From positions 64,001 through 128,000 of the IMG/VR virus record IMGVR_UViG_3300020577_005688: a stretch of 64,000 nt of DNA, one strand, 5' to 3'. Source of the stretch: a virus (Duplodnaviria; Caudoviricetes). The position numbers and the translations under genes were made by a program. Below the pieces are notes generated by a model that was given only the letters and a program-made list of their open reading frames with translations, made no database searches and had not been told where the DNA came from. How positions within the stretch are numbered: position 1 is the stretch's first letter; every line of letters starts with the position of its first letter. This document shows positions 1 through 9,252 of the stretch, in pieces.

Positions 1-297
1 CAACAGCGTATCCCACTTCTCTTTGATTGCGGGGTCCTTCTCATCAATGACAATCTCAGTGATGGGGTACTCAGACATCTTGTGAATGACCGCATTGATG
101 AGCGGATTCACGAGATAGTAGTACCGACACCACCGCAGGAGGGCCTTGAGGGAAGGAGGAAGGTAAGTATGGCCGATGTCGAAGAATGGAGATGGATACC
201 GAACTCCACTCCTCGACATGCCGTCAGCAGTTCTTCCACGGTTCCCAGAGAACCTGGAAGTTCCACCAAATCCAAGAGAGACGTTGTCCATTGACAT
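1..297 (-). CDS. Probable portal protein, N-terminal 99 codons (runs off the left edge; absent from the ORF track)
   Basis: Manual translation from ATG at 297: MSMDNVSLGFGGTSRFSGNRGRTADGMSRSGVRYPSPFFDIGHTYLPPSLKALLRWCRYYYLVNPLINAVIHKMSEYPITEIVIDEKDPAIKEKWDTLL. The start overlaps the upstream stop (TAATG). The Y..NP.I..VI.K..EYP.T pattern resembles portal N-termini. Confidence 0.65.
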   Translation of the reverse strand, partial: MSMDNVSLGFGGTSRFSGNRGRTADGMSRSGVRYPSPFFDIGHTYLPPSLKALLRWCRYYYLVNPLINAVIHKMSEYPITEIVIDEKDPAIKEKWDTLL

Positions 298-1274
298 TAT
301 TGATCTGCCTTCTCTTGTGGGAGTTTCTTAGGCTTGAATCCCGTCACTTTGTTGATGCCCTTACCGACCAACTTACCGGCTTGATCACCAACAACGCTGC
401 CGAGAATAGAACCTGAGATACCACGCTTGGCGGTTGCGAGGTTTCCAATTGTCGAACCTACGAATCGAGAAACTCTTTCTGCTCTTGAAGTCTGACCCGT
501 AGGGTCTTTCTTCAGAGCAGCGACGGCTTGAGGAGCGGTGAATGCGACTGTCATTCCGTGATTTGTCAACTTACCAGCTCGCTGAAGACCCGTAAGGTTA
601 CTCTTTCGAGATACGGCATCCTGGACGTCTGTCTTCATCCTCCCCAACTCTTGGCGTGCGTTTGAGATCGGACTCGTCAGGTCACTCGCCGCTCCCTTGA
701 GATTCCTTCCGATGCCTTTTACGTACTCTTTGGCACCGCCCTCTTCGGACTCTGCGATCTTCTCATGATTACGCTTCTTCCTCTTATGAAGAGCGTAGGC
801 ACCAGCGGCGAGGCCAGTTGCAGCAAGACCAGCAACACCTTTCTTCCAGTGTTTCTTAGCAAAAGAAGGAAGTTTTTGAGTAGATGTCGGTGATGCGTTT
901 GTTTGAGTAGGTGGTGATTTATTAGACGGTTTTTTCTGCGTACTATACTCTTTTCCACCTACTTCTTTGAGTCTTTTTCCTCTAGAAAATTCGTCGTAAC
1001 CATCCCCTACAGCATCTGATACAACTGTTCTACTCTTACGCAAACGTTCTGATTTCGCAATCTCAGGCCTCCGATCGACAAAGGGCCGTTCTTTTCCTTT
1101 GAGAGTATGGCGATATCCTCCAAGAACGTCTCCTTCGAGTCTAGCGCCGCTATCATCACTATTGAGCGAATGCCTCATTAGAACACCTCTCCGAGCATGG
1201 CGTCGAATCCACTCTTCAGAGACGGCAATCTTCTCAAGCTCATCAAGGAATGATCTAACGGTCATGAGGTTCAT
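297..1274 (-). CDS. Basic, Gly/Ala-rich putative internal head/ejection protein with FLDELEKIA leader
   Basis: ATG at 1274 overlaps the upstream TGA (ATGA). Has N-terminal SFLDELEKIA, an internal HEKIA, hydrophobic GVAGLAATGLAAGAYAL and Gly-zipper segments. Lies directly upstream of the portal. Confidence 0.55.
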   Translation of the reverse strand: MNLMTVRSFLDELEKIAVSEEWIRRHARRGVLMRHSLNSDDSGARLEGDVLGGYRHTLKGKERPFVDRRPEIAKSERLRKSRTVVSDAVGDGYDEFSRGKRLKEVGGKEYSTQKKPSNKSPPTQTNASPTSTQKLPSFAKKHWKKGVAGLAATGLAAGAYALHKRKKRNHEKIAESEEGGAKEYVKGIGRNLKGAASDLTSPISNARQELGRMKTDVQDAVSRKSNLTGLQRAGKLTNHGMTVAFTAPQAVAALKKDPTGQTSRAERVSRFVGSTIGNLATAKRGISGSILGSVVGDQAGKLVGKGINKVTGFKPKKLPQEKADQ

Positions 1275-2206
1275 ACAGTTCCTAGCCAAGACTTGAGAGC
1301 AACGAGCTGCTCAGAGAGTTGCCTTCTTCGGATGTTCATGTAGTCACGTGCGATAAGCAGCTTTGCGACTTGAACATCTACCTGTGTCTCTTGGAGATCA
1401 ACTTCTTTCGTTGGATGTTCCTTTACCTCATTCCAACGATGTTCGATGGGATCTGGGTCGAACTGAAGAACGAGTTTTACGTTCTGCCCCTTACCCTCTC
1501 GAACCAAATCTGGGTCTGGTTGAAATGAGAAACCATTCTCTGGGTCGAACCTCTTCGTACACGTGTCACAGATTCCGTCGTGGAAGAGAGCAGAGTCCTC
1601 ACTCCCGCAATCAAGGCACACGTATCTTGGGTGGCTCACCTCAACCTGCACAAAATCAAGAGGAGGTGGAACAAAGAACACATCTTCGTTCAAGACAGAA
1701 GCAGCAATGTACGCCTTCACCTCATCATTGAAAGGCTCTGGGCGAATTGAGTTCATGATGTCCACTCCCGCAAACAACTGGTCGAGGGATGGAGCCTGCA
1801 TGAACTCCCAGCGAGGAATATTGTTGTTCAGAGCCTGAATGACCTTCTCAAACACCTGCCAACTCTCCCAAGGCTTTCCAGTCGTATGAAGCGTCTTGAC
1901 GGCTTGAATCTTGGACCTGGCATGTTCTGAGACTTGAGACGAGAAGACCCTCTGAATCTCTTGGAAGATAGTCGACGTTTCCCAAGAGAACCAGTCAACT
2001 CCAAACGCCTTCAAGAGGGCGAGGTCAATGACTACTGGATGGGTGTCGTGGTGTGTAAAGATGTTCCGAACTGTGAGAGGTGTTTGAACGTCTGGATTAT
2101 CCTTCTTGAGTTCGGATTCCATCGCAGACCCCTCCGACGGTGCAGTTGGCTTCTTTGCCTCTGCACCACGAAGACGCTCAAACAGGTCAAGTTCTGGATT
2201 CTTCAT
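1271..2206 (-). CDS. Hypothetical head-module protein with a Zn-ribbon insert
   Basis: 311 aa ORF abutting both neighbours; contains CLDC...CDTC. Confidence 0.6.
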   Translation of the reverse strand: MKNPELDLFERLRGAEAKKPTAPSEGSAMESELKKDNPDVQTPLTVRNIFTHHDTHPVVIDLALLKAFGVDWFSWETSTIFQEIQRVFSSQVSEHARSKIQAVKTLHTTGKPWESWQVFEKVIQALNNNIPRWEFMQAPSLDQLFAGVDIMNSIRPEPFNDEVKAYIAASVLNEDVFFVPPPLDFVQVEVSHPRYVCLDCGSEDSALFHDGICDTCTKRFDPENGFSFQPDPDLVREGKGQNVKLVLQFDPDPIEHRWNEVKEHPTKEVDLQETQVDVQVAKLLIARDYMNIRRRQLSEQLVALKSWLGTV

Positions 2207-2755
2207 TTATGCCTTCTTGAACGTGTTGGCGATTCGAGCCATGACGCCCATTGCCTGTGGGCGAGCGGCGCTTCGAACAGGCCCAGCAGAAGGCAACGCA
2301 ACCGAGCTCCTCACTGCAGGAGCGGCTCTCTGCACAGGCTGATGCCCAACAGACGTGGAGGGCATGAAGTCGGAGTAGTGGGAGGGATCCTTCTTCATCA
2401 AAGCAGGAGCGGCCTGAGTCTGAGGCTTCCCTGCTGCTCTCTGAGAATCGACGAGCATGTGATTTTTCATCATGGCCGCATTGGATACTGTAGCAGCTTT
2501 CTTAGTGAGGAGCCTCTTCCCAATACCCTTAAGCATATCCTTGTTGTGGATCATCTCCCCAGCAAGGATGGAGCCGGTAAACGCAGCGGACGCGCCGTCC
2601 TTGACTCGCTCGCCTTTGGATTTGTGCTTATCAAAAGCACCCGCACCTTCAATCGCAGTCAGACCTCCGAGACCTGTCATCGACAGTCCAGCAGGCAGCC
2701 CACCGACAGCAATCTTCTCAAGCTCATCAAAGAACGACCCCATGTGGATGCTCAT
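2207..2755 (-). CDS. Putative internal head protein with FFDELEKIA leader
   Basis: Begins MSIHMGSFFDELEKIA, followed by Gly-rich hydrophobic and basic low-complexity sequence. Confidence 0.55.
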   Translation of the reverse strand: MSIHMGSFFDELEKIAVGGLPAGLSMTGLGGLTAIEGAGAFDKHKSKGERVKDGASAAFTGSILAGEMIHNKDMLKGIGKRLLTKKAATVSNAAMMKNHMLVDSQRAAGKPQTQAAPALMKKDPSHYSDFMPSTSVGHQPVQRAAPAVRSSVALPSAGPVRSAARPQAMGVMARIANTFKKA

Positions 2756-2765
2756 TGTCGTGTCC

Positions 2766-4406
2766 TTAGTTTGCGTTCATCGCGTCGAACTTGCCGTTGG
2801 CAAGTCTTGCAAGAATGACCTTTGAGTCATCTGGCATTGACTCAAAGATGGTGATTGGGTCTTTGATGAATGAATTCGTGAACTCGCTTGCGAAGTGCTT
2901 GTGAACGAGAGGTCTACCGTTTCTCGCAAGCCACCTCAACTCTTCCTCGCTCACGTAGTCACCAGTACGACCAGTCCAAGACCAAGCAGCAGCCTGCTTA
3001 CCGAACGTTGCGTAGTAGGGGTCCGCGACCTCTCCACCCCAAACCCAACGCAGTCCGGAAATCTCGTCGGCTTCTGAAAGGAGGGAGGCGAACTCTTCGG
3101 GCTCAATAGATGCCCTCTTTTCACGAAGCTCTGTGTACACAGGAGCGTATTCTGGAGGGGCTACTGCGAGACGATTTGCGAGGTGAGCATCGACGTCGAT
3201 TGCATAGTCTGTCGACCCATACCTTTGAATCGTCTCCGAAAGAGGAAGGCCAAGCTCATTCGCACGAGCTGCGGTCTTCACAGCAAAGATGTGCGCCTCG
3301 ACAGGGTCAATGGTCTTGTAGTTGTCCTCGAAGTACTCGATGGCCTTCTGCACGTCAGCCATTGCGTCGAGGGGGAACCGACCCCCAAGAGCCGTGCGCT
3401 CTGCGGAGGCTCTCTTCACCTGGATTTCAGGAGTCTGGCCAGAAACATTGACAATCGAAGAGCTCTTGATGAGTCTCTTGTGTTCTCGTGCTTGGGCAAT
3501 GTCTCCGAATGGATTGTTCGATTCGATGTCTCGAAGGGCTTTCTTGCCCTCAGCGGTCGCACGTCGGAACCCAGTTGCTAGGTCGCTTCCTTTGGCTCCC
3601 ATCGAGTGGGCCGTTACGCGATGCAGCGCATAGCGTTGCGCCTTTGATGCGTTCTCTGGGTATCCCTTGATGTTGGCAAGCTCCTTGAGCCCCCTAGGAA
3701 GTCCAGCTTCTTTTGGCATCGACCCCGGATTCAGCTTGTGGAAGCTGTCGAGGTTAACGTCTTTCTTCCCGTGGTGTTTCCCGAGAGCGTACCCACCGGC
3801 CCCTCCGACCAAAACTCCCCCTGCCCCGGAAGCAATTGCAAGATGTTTGATGTTCTTCAGCAGCTTCTCCGCTTCAGCCGGAGTGAACGAGGCACTTGCG
3901 GCGGTCTTCATCTGAGATGCCGTAGGAATGACTCGACCAGAATCGGCACCACCTTGAATGCTGGTAAGGTTGGTACGTTGGCTCCACTCAACGTCATCGT
4001 TTGGAGCGGGCTGCTTGGATGGATTGCGGGTCTTCGACATTCCCGTCTTTGCAGCTGTCTTAAGCCAGCCTGGAACTGGGAGCTCGAACTCTTCACACGC
4101 ATCCATCAAGTTGGATGCGGCCGTCTTGACTGCTTCTTGGGGAAGAAGAACTGCGCTCTCATTGAAGTAGAGAATCGAGAGGGCGGTGTTACCTGCGTCA
4201 ACACATGCAAACTTTCGCATGTGAGTGCCGTTGTTTACCATCGTCAGTGCGTATGCTTCATCACGGAGAACTTCCCGTTCCTCTGGAGAAAGGATGTGGG
4301 CTTCCTTTACGATATCGGGCAGGTCTGCGGAGGTGGGGCAGGCCTTCTTGAGCAGAGTCCCAGAGAGGTCGTCGTAGAAGTCAAAAACAACGCCAGCAGT
4401 ACGCAT
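2766..4406 (-). CDS. Putative head protein with many K-x-A sites (possible processed precursor or scaffold-like protein)
   Basis: 546 aa; AAGGAG SD upstream; KEAH, KTAA x4, KEAG, KRAS x2, KQAA. Confidence 0.55.
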   Translation of the reverse strand: MRTAGVVFDFYDDLSGTLLKKACPTSADLPDIVKEAHILSPEEREVLRDEAYALTMVNNGTHMRKFACVDAGNTALSILYFNESAVLLPQEAVKTAASNLMDACEEFELPVPGWLKTAAKTGMSKTRNPSKQPAPNDDVEWSQRTNLTSIQGGADSGRVIPTASQMKTAASASFTPAEAEKLLKNIKHLAIASGAGGVLVGGAGGYALGKHHGKKDVNLDSFHKLNPGSMPKEAGLPRGLKELANIKGYPENASKAQRYALHRVTAHSMGAKGSDLATGFRRATAEGKKALRDIESNNPFGDIAQAREHKRLIKSSSIVNVSGQTPEIQVKRASAERTALGGRFPLDAMADVQKAIEYFEDNYKTIDPVEAHIFAVKTAARANELGLPLSETIQRYGSTDYAIDVDAHLANRLAVAPPEYAPVYTELREKRASIEPEEFASLLSEADEISGLRWVWGGEVADPYYATFGKQAAAWSWTGRTGDYVSEEELRWLARNGRPLVHKHFASEFTNSFIKDPITIFESMPDDSKVILARLANGKFDAMNAN

Positions 4407-4510
4407 TTAGAGCTCCTTTGAGCACTTCAAGGTAGTAACCAACCCTCAGTGTAGGACTTCTAGCACGTTTTGGTCAATTAAAAGGGCCGGTCAAGTATTC
4501 GGAAAATGAC

Positions 4511-4519
4511 GGCATAAGA
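4511..4519 (+). promoter_or_regulatory. GGCATAAGA candidate phage promoter -10 element
   Basis: The motif recurs in intergenic DNA ahead of plus-strand genes at 4511, 58990, 61832 and (variant) 9181. Confidence 0.5.
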
Positions 4520-4556
4520 GTATTGGCGGCAACGCCTTACCAATTGGAGGAATGAA

Positions 4557-5117
4557 TTGGCGTTTTCATACGGAGACCCGACAAGAAGTGTCAATCTTTT
4601 AGGTCCAAAGCCTCCGTGTTGGGGGACATCGAAGTACGACAACGAAGACCGAGAATGCCGTGCCTGTGGGTTTCAGAACACCTGTCGTGACCAGGTGATC
4701 AAGTTGAAGCCAGTTACACCAGCCCCAGTACCAGTGGCGAGTTTCTTCAATCAGTACCAGACTCCGACACCATATGCTGCCCCACAGCCCGCGCCACAAC
4801 CAGCTCAACAATTTGTTCGAGTCACCCCAACACCGGTTCAACCAGCCCAAGTCCAGATGAAGCCTGTTGTTCCAGCAACAGGTCAGGTGCAACCTGCTCA
4901 GTTCAATGACAGGTATGGCCAGTTTCAAGACCCCATGTTCAACTCAATCAAGGCCACTCCAAGTGTCCTGAGGCCTCAGTTTCCAAACGAGAGCTTCCCA
5001 ACACGAGTTGCAAAAAACATGGCCCTCGCAGGTCTGGAATCTGCTATCGGAGAGCTTCTGCTAGGCGTACGTCAGTTCATCTGGGCTCCGAAGCCAGACG
5101 ACGATCAGAACAAGTAG
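4557..5117 (+). CDS. Hypothetical protein, N-terminal Cys cluster plus Pro/Gln-rich linker
   Basis: GGAGG SD before TTG start; PPCWG...ECRACGFQNTC. Confidence 0.65.
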   Translation: MAFSYGDPTRSVNLLGPKPPCWGTSKYDNEDRECRACGFQNTCRDQVIKLKPVTPAPVPVASFFNQYQTPTPYAAPQPAPQPAQQFVRVTPTPVQPAQVQMKPVVPATGQVQPAQFNDRYGQFQDPMFNSIKATPSVLRPQFPNESFPTRVAKNMALAGLESAIGELLLGVRQFIWAPKPDDDQNK

Positions 5118-5125
5118 GAGAGTCA

Positions 5126-6595
5126 ATGATTCTTGAGTTCGCGAAGAAAGAGTCTGACAAGGCATACGTCTCGAACCACCTCTGGCTCCCAAAGTCAGAG
5201 GTGCGTGTCGGGCCGGTGAAGCGAGCTCTCGAATTCACCGTTAGCACGCAAGGCCAACAAGAGACTCTTCGGATGTGGTCCGAAACAAAGACACACATCA
5301 TCTGCCCACGAGAGTTTCTATCACCAAGTGAATACCCAAAGTATTCATTTCCATTCGTAGACATTCGAATGGAGTTCGAGAAGGTCAAGTTCAAAGACTT
5401 GGTCGTTCCTCGAAATGCCGAACAAGAGAGGGCCTGGGCAGCCCTCTCGCAGTTCGATAACGGCATCCTTAATCTTGGATGTGGAAAAGGAAAGACGAAG
5501 CTCGCACTGAAGAAGATTGCTCAACGGGGACTTCCCACTCTGGTCATTGTTCCAGATGGAGGAATCCTCGACCAGTGGCGTCGCTCTATCTACGGCTCTG
5601 GTGAAACACCGCCTGGACTTGAATTCGAGGGAGAACTCGGACTCATCCAAGGCCAGACGTTCGATTGGAAAAGACCAATTACCTTAGCTCTCGTCACTAC
5701 CCTGGCACTCAGGATTCGTGACGGAGCAGTACCTGAGGACATGTTTAGGTACTTCGGTCAAATCGTATATGACGAAGTACACCAAATCGGGGCCCCGATG
5801 TTCAGTCTCACAGCTGCTCCTTTCTATGGAGACAGGATTGGACTGACCGCTACGGTCAAGCGAGAAGACGGTCTTGACCCTATCTATCGCTACCACATCG
5901 GAGAACCGTTCTATTCAGACCTGACTCAAGACCTCATTCCAAAGATCTTCTTCTATCAGACTCCGGTGAAGATCGACATGGCGAAAGCCGCAGATGTCAA
6001 TGGAATGACGAACATCTCAAAGCTGCGTGGAGAGCTCGGAAAAGACCTGACAGGGAACACATTCAGGTATTGGTTGATCAAGAAGGCGTTGGATGATGGG
6101 AGAAAGATCCTGTGTCTCTCTCACTCAAAGGCACAGCTCCGTCTTTTTCATCAGATGTTTCCTGGATCGTCTCTCATCGTATCTGAAACAGACAGGGATG
6201 AGAGGACCGACGCACTCAGAAATAGTCAGATCTGTTTTGCAATCGCAAGACTCGGAGCTGTTGGCGTAGACGACGATAAACTGGATACCCTCTTCTGGCT
6301 CACGCCTTACCGGTCTAAGATTCTCCTCCAACAGTCCATGGGACGAATCCAACGTTTCAGGGAAGGCAAGAGGGATCCACTCATGGTGGTGTTCGAAGAT
6401 TGGTTCATCCCACCATTCAAAAAGCTCTGCGGGGCGGTCAAAAGAACGCTCAGAGAGTGGAACTACGAGTTCTCAGTACTCAAACCTCGTGAAGCAAAAC
6501 TTCCAGAAAAACTCCCTTCGTCGGTACAAGCAATCTACGACGAAGTACTTACCACTTTGAAGGACGAACAAGATGACACAGAAGACACTGAATAA
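5126..6595 (+). CDS. Superfamily 2 DNA helicase (UvsW/ResIII-like)
   Basis: Motif I GCGKGKT, motif II DEVH, motif III TAT, motif VI QSMGRIQR. Confidence 0.9.
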   Translation: MILEFAKKESDKAYVSNHLWLPKSEVRVGPVKRALEFTVSTQGQQETLRMWSETKTHIICPREFLSPSEYPKYSFPFVDIRMEFEKVKFKDLVVPRNAEQERAWAALSQFDNGILNLGCGKGKTKLALKKIAQRGLPTLVIVPDGGILDQWRRSIYGSGETPPGLEFEGELGLIQGQTFDWKRPITLALVTTLALRIRDGAVPEDMFRYFGQIVYDEVHQIGAPMFSLTAAPFYGDRIGLTATVKREDGLDPIYRYHIGEPFYSDLTQDLIPKIFFYQTPVKIDMAKAADVNGMTNISKLRGELGKDLTGNTFRYWLIKKALDDGRKILCLSHSKAQLRLFHQMFPGSSLIVSETDRDERTDALRNSQICFAIARLGAVGVDDDKLDTLFWLTPYRSKILLQQSMGRIQRFREGKRDPLMVVFEDWFIPPFKKLCGAVKRTLREWNYEFSVLKPREAKLPEKLPSSVQAIYDEVLTTLKDEQDDTEDTE

Positions 6596-6986
6596 GACCG
6601 AACTACTCACCTTCTTCACCGAGAAGGGCGTAGAGGTTTCAAAGCTCGTTGTTGTTTACGTTGGACCGGATACTCTCATTGGAGAGACGAATGACCCAAA
6701 CTCAGAGGTGATTGGGTTGAAGAATCCGAAGAGGATTTTCCGTCTCTCGCAGATGCAGAGTGGGGGTCTGGTTCTGAGCTACATGCTTGGAGACTGGGAC
6801 TTCATGGAGACTGGAATCATCAACGTGAGACCACAGGCATGGTACCACTTGCTCTCAGAGCCGGACTCTGTGATCGAAGCAGTTCTCAATCTCTACAGGG
6901 AATTCCTCAACCGAAAGGTGCTCAACAAGGCGGAAGAGGCTGGTCTCGTTCTTCCCACAATTGAGAGCCCGTTCAGAAAGAAGTGA
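6573..6986 (+). CDS. Hypothetical protein
   Basis: 137 aa ORF in the operon with a consistent codon style. Confidence 0.65.
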   Translation: MTQKTLNKTELLTFFTEKGVEVSKLVVVYVGPDTLIGETNDPNSEVIGLKNPKRIFRLSQMQSGGLVLSYMLGDWDFMETGIINVRPQAWYHLLSEPDSVIEAVLNLYREFLNRKVLNKAEEAGLVLPTIESPFRKK

Positions 6987-6989
6987 TGG

Positions 6990-7814
6990 ATGGCGGCTAA
7001 GAAAGCCAAGAAAGAGGAAGTAGTCATCCCAGTTCACGTCCTTCCGGGACAGACCAAGAAAGAAAAGCTTCAGCAACTCTACGAACAGTGGTTCAAGTGT
7101 CAGCGCTGCCAGCTTCATGAGTGCCGACTTGATGGGGATGGGACTCCGATTGAAGACATTGTCTTCTGTTCTGGGAACCCAGACGCCCGAATCATGATCA
7201 TCGGAGAGGCTCCTGGTGAGGAGGAAGCATCTACGCTGCTTCCATTCATTGGAAAGTCTGGGCGGTTGTTGAATCAGATCCTTGCCTCTGTCTCGGCAGA
7301 CCCAGAGGTCAAGCAGGAGTACATGAAGTATCTGAAGACTCGGCACTCGGCAGTCAGCGAGAACAAGTTCCAAGACTTCATGATGGAGTGGAGGGAGAAG
7401 AACTTCCTCATCACGAACATCGTTGGATGCCGCCCTCCAGAGAACCGAACCCCCATTCCTCCAGAAATCAAAGCCTGCAGCGAACGACTGGTAAACATCA
7501 TCTACACAGTCGACCCGATGCTCATCATTGCATCAGGAAAGACTGCAGCTGAGGCATTGCTCTCGAAGAAGATCGAAATCACGATGAAGAGAGGCGAACT
7601 CTTCGAGATGAAGATTCCGGGCAGATTCGGACCGGTGACGTATCCGGTTGTTCTGACCCTGCACCCTTCCTACCTCCTCAGGAAGGCAGATTGGAATGAT
7701 GAGCGTGGTGATTACACGAAGACCGTGCAGGATTTCATGAACGCCATGAAGATTTATGACTTCCTCATGGAGAAGAACTTCGGTACCACACCACCCGAGC
7801 GAGGATTCAAATGA
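6990..7814 (+). CDS. Uracil-DNA glycosylase, family 4 (Fe-S type)
   Basis: CQRCQLH, IIGEAPG, NIVGCRPPENRTP...C, HPSYLLR. Confidence 0.9.
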   Translation: MAAKKAKKEEVVIPVHVLPGQTKKEKLQQLYEQWFKCQRCQLHECRLDGDGTPIEDIVFCSGNPDARIMIIGEAPGEEEASTLLPFIGKSGRLLNQILASVSADPEVKQEYMKYLKTRHSAVSENKFQDFMMEWREKNFLITNIVGCRPPENRTPIPPEIKACSERLVNIIYTVDPMLIIASGKTAAEALLSKKIEITMKRGELFEMKIPGRFGPVTYPVVLTLHPSYLLRKADWNDERGDYTKTVQDFMNAMKIYDFLMEKNFGTTPPERGFK

Positions 7815-8425
7815 GCACGAAGCTGGACCACGAGAAGGCTGTTGATGAGTTTCTTGAGATTGACCAGAAGTACACGACTCTGGAATCTCAATTCATGTCT
7901 GGCGAACTGCTCAGTCGAGTCATGGGAGGAATTGGTTCTATCCCTCCAGACGCGGCAGAGTCTGTTGTTGAGCAATTCAAGGCCATGATTGAGGAGTTCA
8001 AGAATCTCCTCGATGAGCGCAATACCCGTCTCCAGAACGCCAAGAATGCCCTCAGACAGGCTGTACACCTTGCCCCCAGTCAGTGGAGGGGTCGAGATGG
8101 AAAGTCGAGCGTGCTCAACTACGGCTCGTTCAGCGTGTCTTCTGTAACGAGGCGCTGGCTCGATGGAGAGACCTTGAAGATGAATGCAACGTCAAAGGGT
8201 ATCTACGACGACCTGAAGAAGCTGAAAGGGTTCGACAAGGACGGTAAAGAGTACAACCTCATTCAAGAGAAGATCGAGGTTGATTACGAGTCCGTTGTGA
8301 AGTGGTTGGTTGACCACGGACATGTAGACCTCGTTGAGTCCGCGTACGACGAGAGAGAAGTTACCGCTCAAGTCAAGGGACCCAAGCCTCTGGCCTTCTT
8401 CGGAGAGAAGAAAGGGGATTCTTGA
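7811..8425 (+). CDS. Hypothetical protein (coiled-coil N-half)
   Basis: 204 aa; ATGA overlap with the UDG stop. Confidence 0.65.
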   Translation: MSTKLDHEKAVDEFLEIDQKYTTLESQFMSGELLSRVMGGIGSIPPDAAESVVEQFKAMIEEFKNLLDERNTRLQNAKNALRQAVHLAPSQWRGRDGKSSVLNYGSFSVSSVTRRWLDGETLKMNATSKGIYDDLKKLKGFDKDGKEYNLIQEKIEVDYESVVKWLVDHGHVDLVESAYDEREVTAQVKGPKPLAFFGEKKGDS

Positions 8426-8778
8426 AGCTCCCAAAAATCAAGGTCTCCAGGACATTCGGAGACAAGCAAGAAACCATCAGCGAAGTTGCCCAATCAGATA
8501 TCCCAGAGGAATTCATGAGCGAGTTCAAAGCACTTGTTGGAGATGGAAAGGCGCACGTCTCAGTCTCAGCCGACATGTCAATCAAAGACTTCGGAACTGG
8601 TGCTGGTGCGATGATTACTGTCTCCCTCACCTGCGGGCAGGACAGAGATACCATCGAGCAGGCCATCGACTTGGCAGGAGTTGTCGCAAGACAGTACGCC
8701 GCCGAACATCAGAAGCAGGCAGAGGTGGAACTCAATAAGTTGATTGAGTCGAGGAAGAAAGCGCAGACCTTCGGATGA
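8422..8778 (+). CDS. Hypothetical protein
   Basis: 118 aa; start and stop overlap both neighbours. Confidence 0.6.
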   Translation: MKLPKIKVSRTFGDKQETISEVAQSDIPEEFMSEFKALVGDGKAHVSVSADMSIKDFGTGAGAMITVSLTCGQDRDTIEQAIDLAGVVARQYAAEHQKQAEVELNKLIESRKKAQTFG

Positions 8779-9104
8779 TCTCTCGAACTGGAAGGTTGCG
8801 TGCGGACTCTGTTCGAATCACAGAGTTCAATGTTCGAATCTCTCCAGGTCCTGAGGGAGAGAACCTCTACACCTCATTCCAAGGGAAGTATGCTCTGGTC
8901 CACGCGGAGACTGGAACCATCATTGGCTCCGGGAATTTCGACCAGCCTGGAAAGATTGCAGGCGAGCAGCTGCACGCACTGGTGACGATTCTTGAGGAGA
9001 ACTTGTGCGACATGCTGTTCGAGGGACCCCCACCTCAGAGCACCACAACAGATAGTGGCGTTTCTGAAGAAGAGGCACCAGTAGATGATGTTCCCGGTCT
9101 TTGA
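8775..9104 (+). CDS. Hypothetical protein, acidic C-terminus
   Basis: 109 aa; ATGA overlap. Confidence 0.6.
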   Translation: MISRTGRLRADSVRITEFNVRISPGPEGENLYTSFQGKYALVHAETGTIIGSGNFDQPGKIAGEQLHALVTILEENLCDMLFEGPPPQSTTTDSGVSEEEAPVDDVPGL

Positions 9105-9128
9105 TTGACTTCAGAGATTCGGCCACGT

Positions 9129-9237
9129 AGAGCTCTTGCGCCGTTCCTACTCGGAAGCGGGAAAGAGCTCTTCGACTCTCGGGATAAAGAACCTGACTCG
9201 GACTCTGCTTAGAGGGCAGGGTCAGGTTCTTTTCTCT
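9129..9237 (+). promoter_or_regulatory. Two tandem stem-loops upstream of dnaB; the second is terminator-like
   Basis: AGAGCTCTT (9129-37) pairs with AAGAGCTCT (9163-71). AAAGAACCTGAC (9186-97) pairs with GTCAGGTTCTTT (9221-32), followed by a T-rich tract. Confidence 0.55.
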
Positions 9238-9252
9238 TAACTTGGAGGTCAG

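Noticed and set aside
1934-2818. 294-aa plus-strand ORF and the many other 60-270 aa overlapping ORFs
   Set aside because: They overlap better-supported, translationally coupled genes on the other strand or frame and have shadow-like composition.
4407-4470. Shared late-promoter motif on the minus strand (TGCTA...TACACT here versus TGCTA...GATACT before the tape measure gene)
   Set aside because: Only two instances with different spacing; insufficient support.
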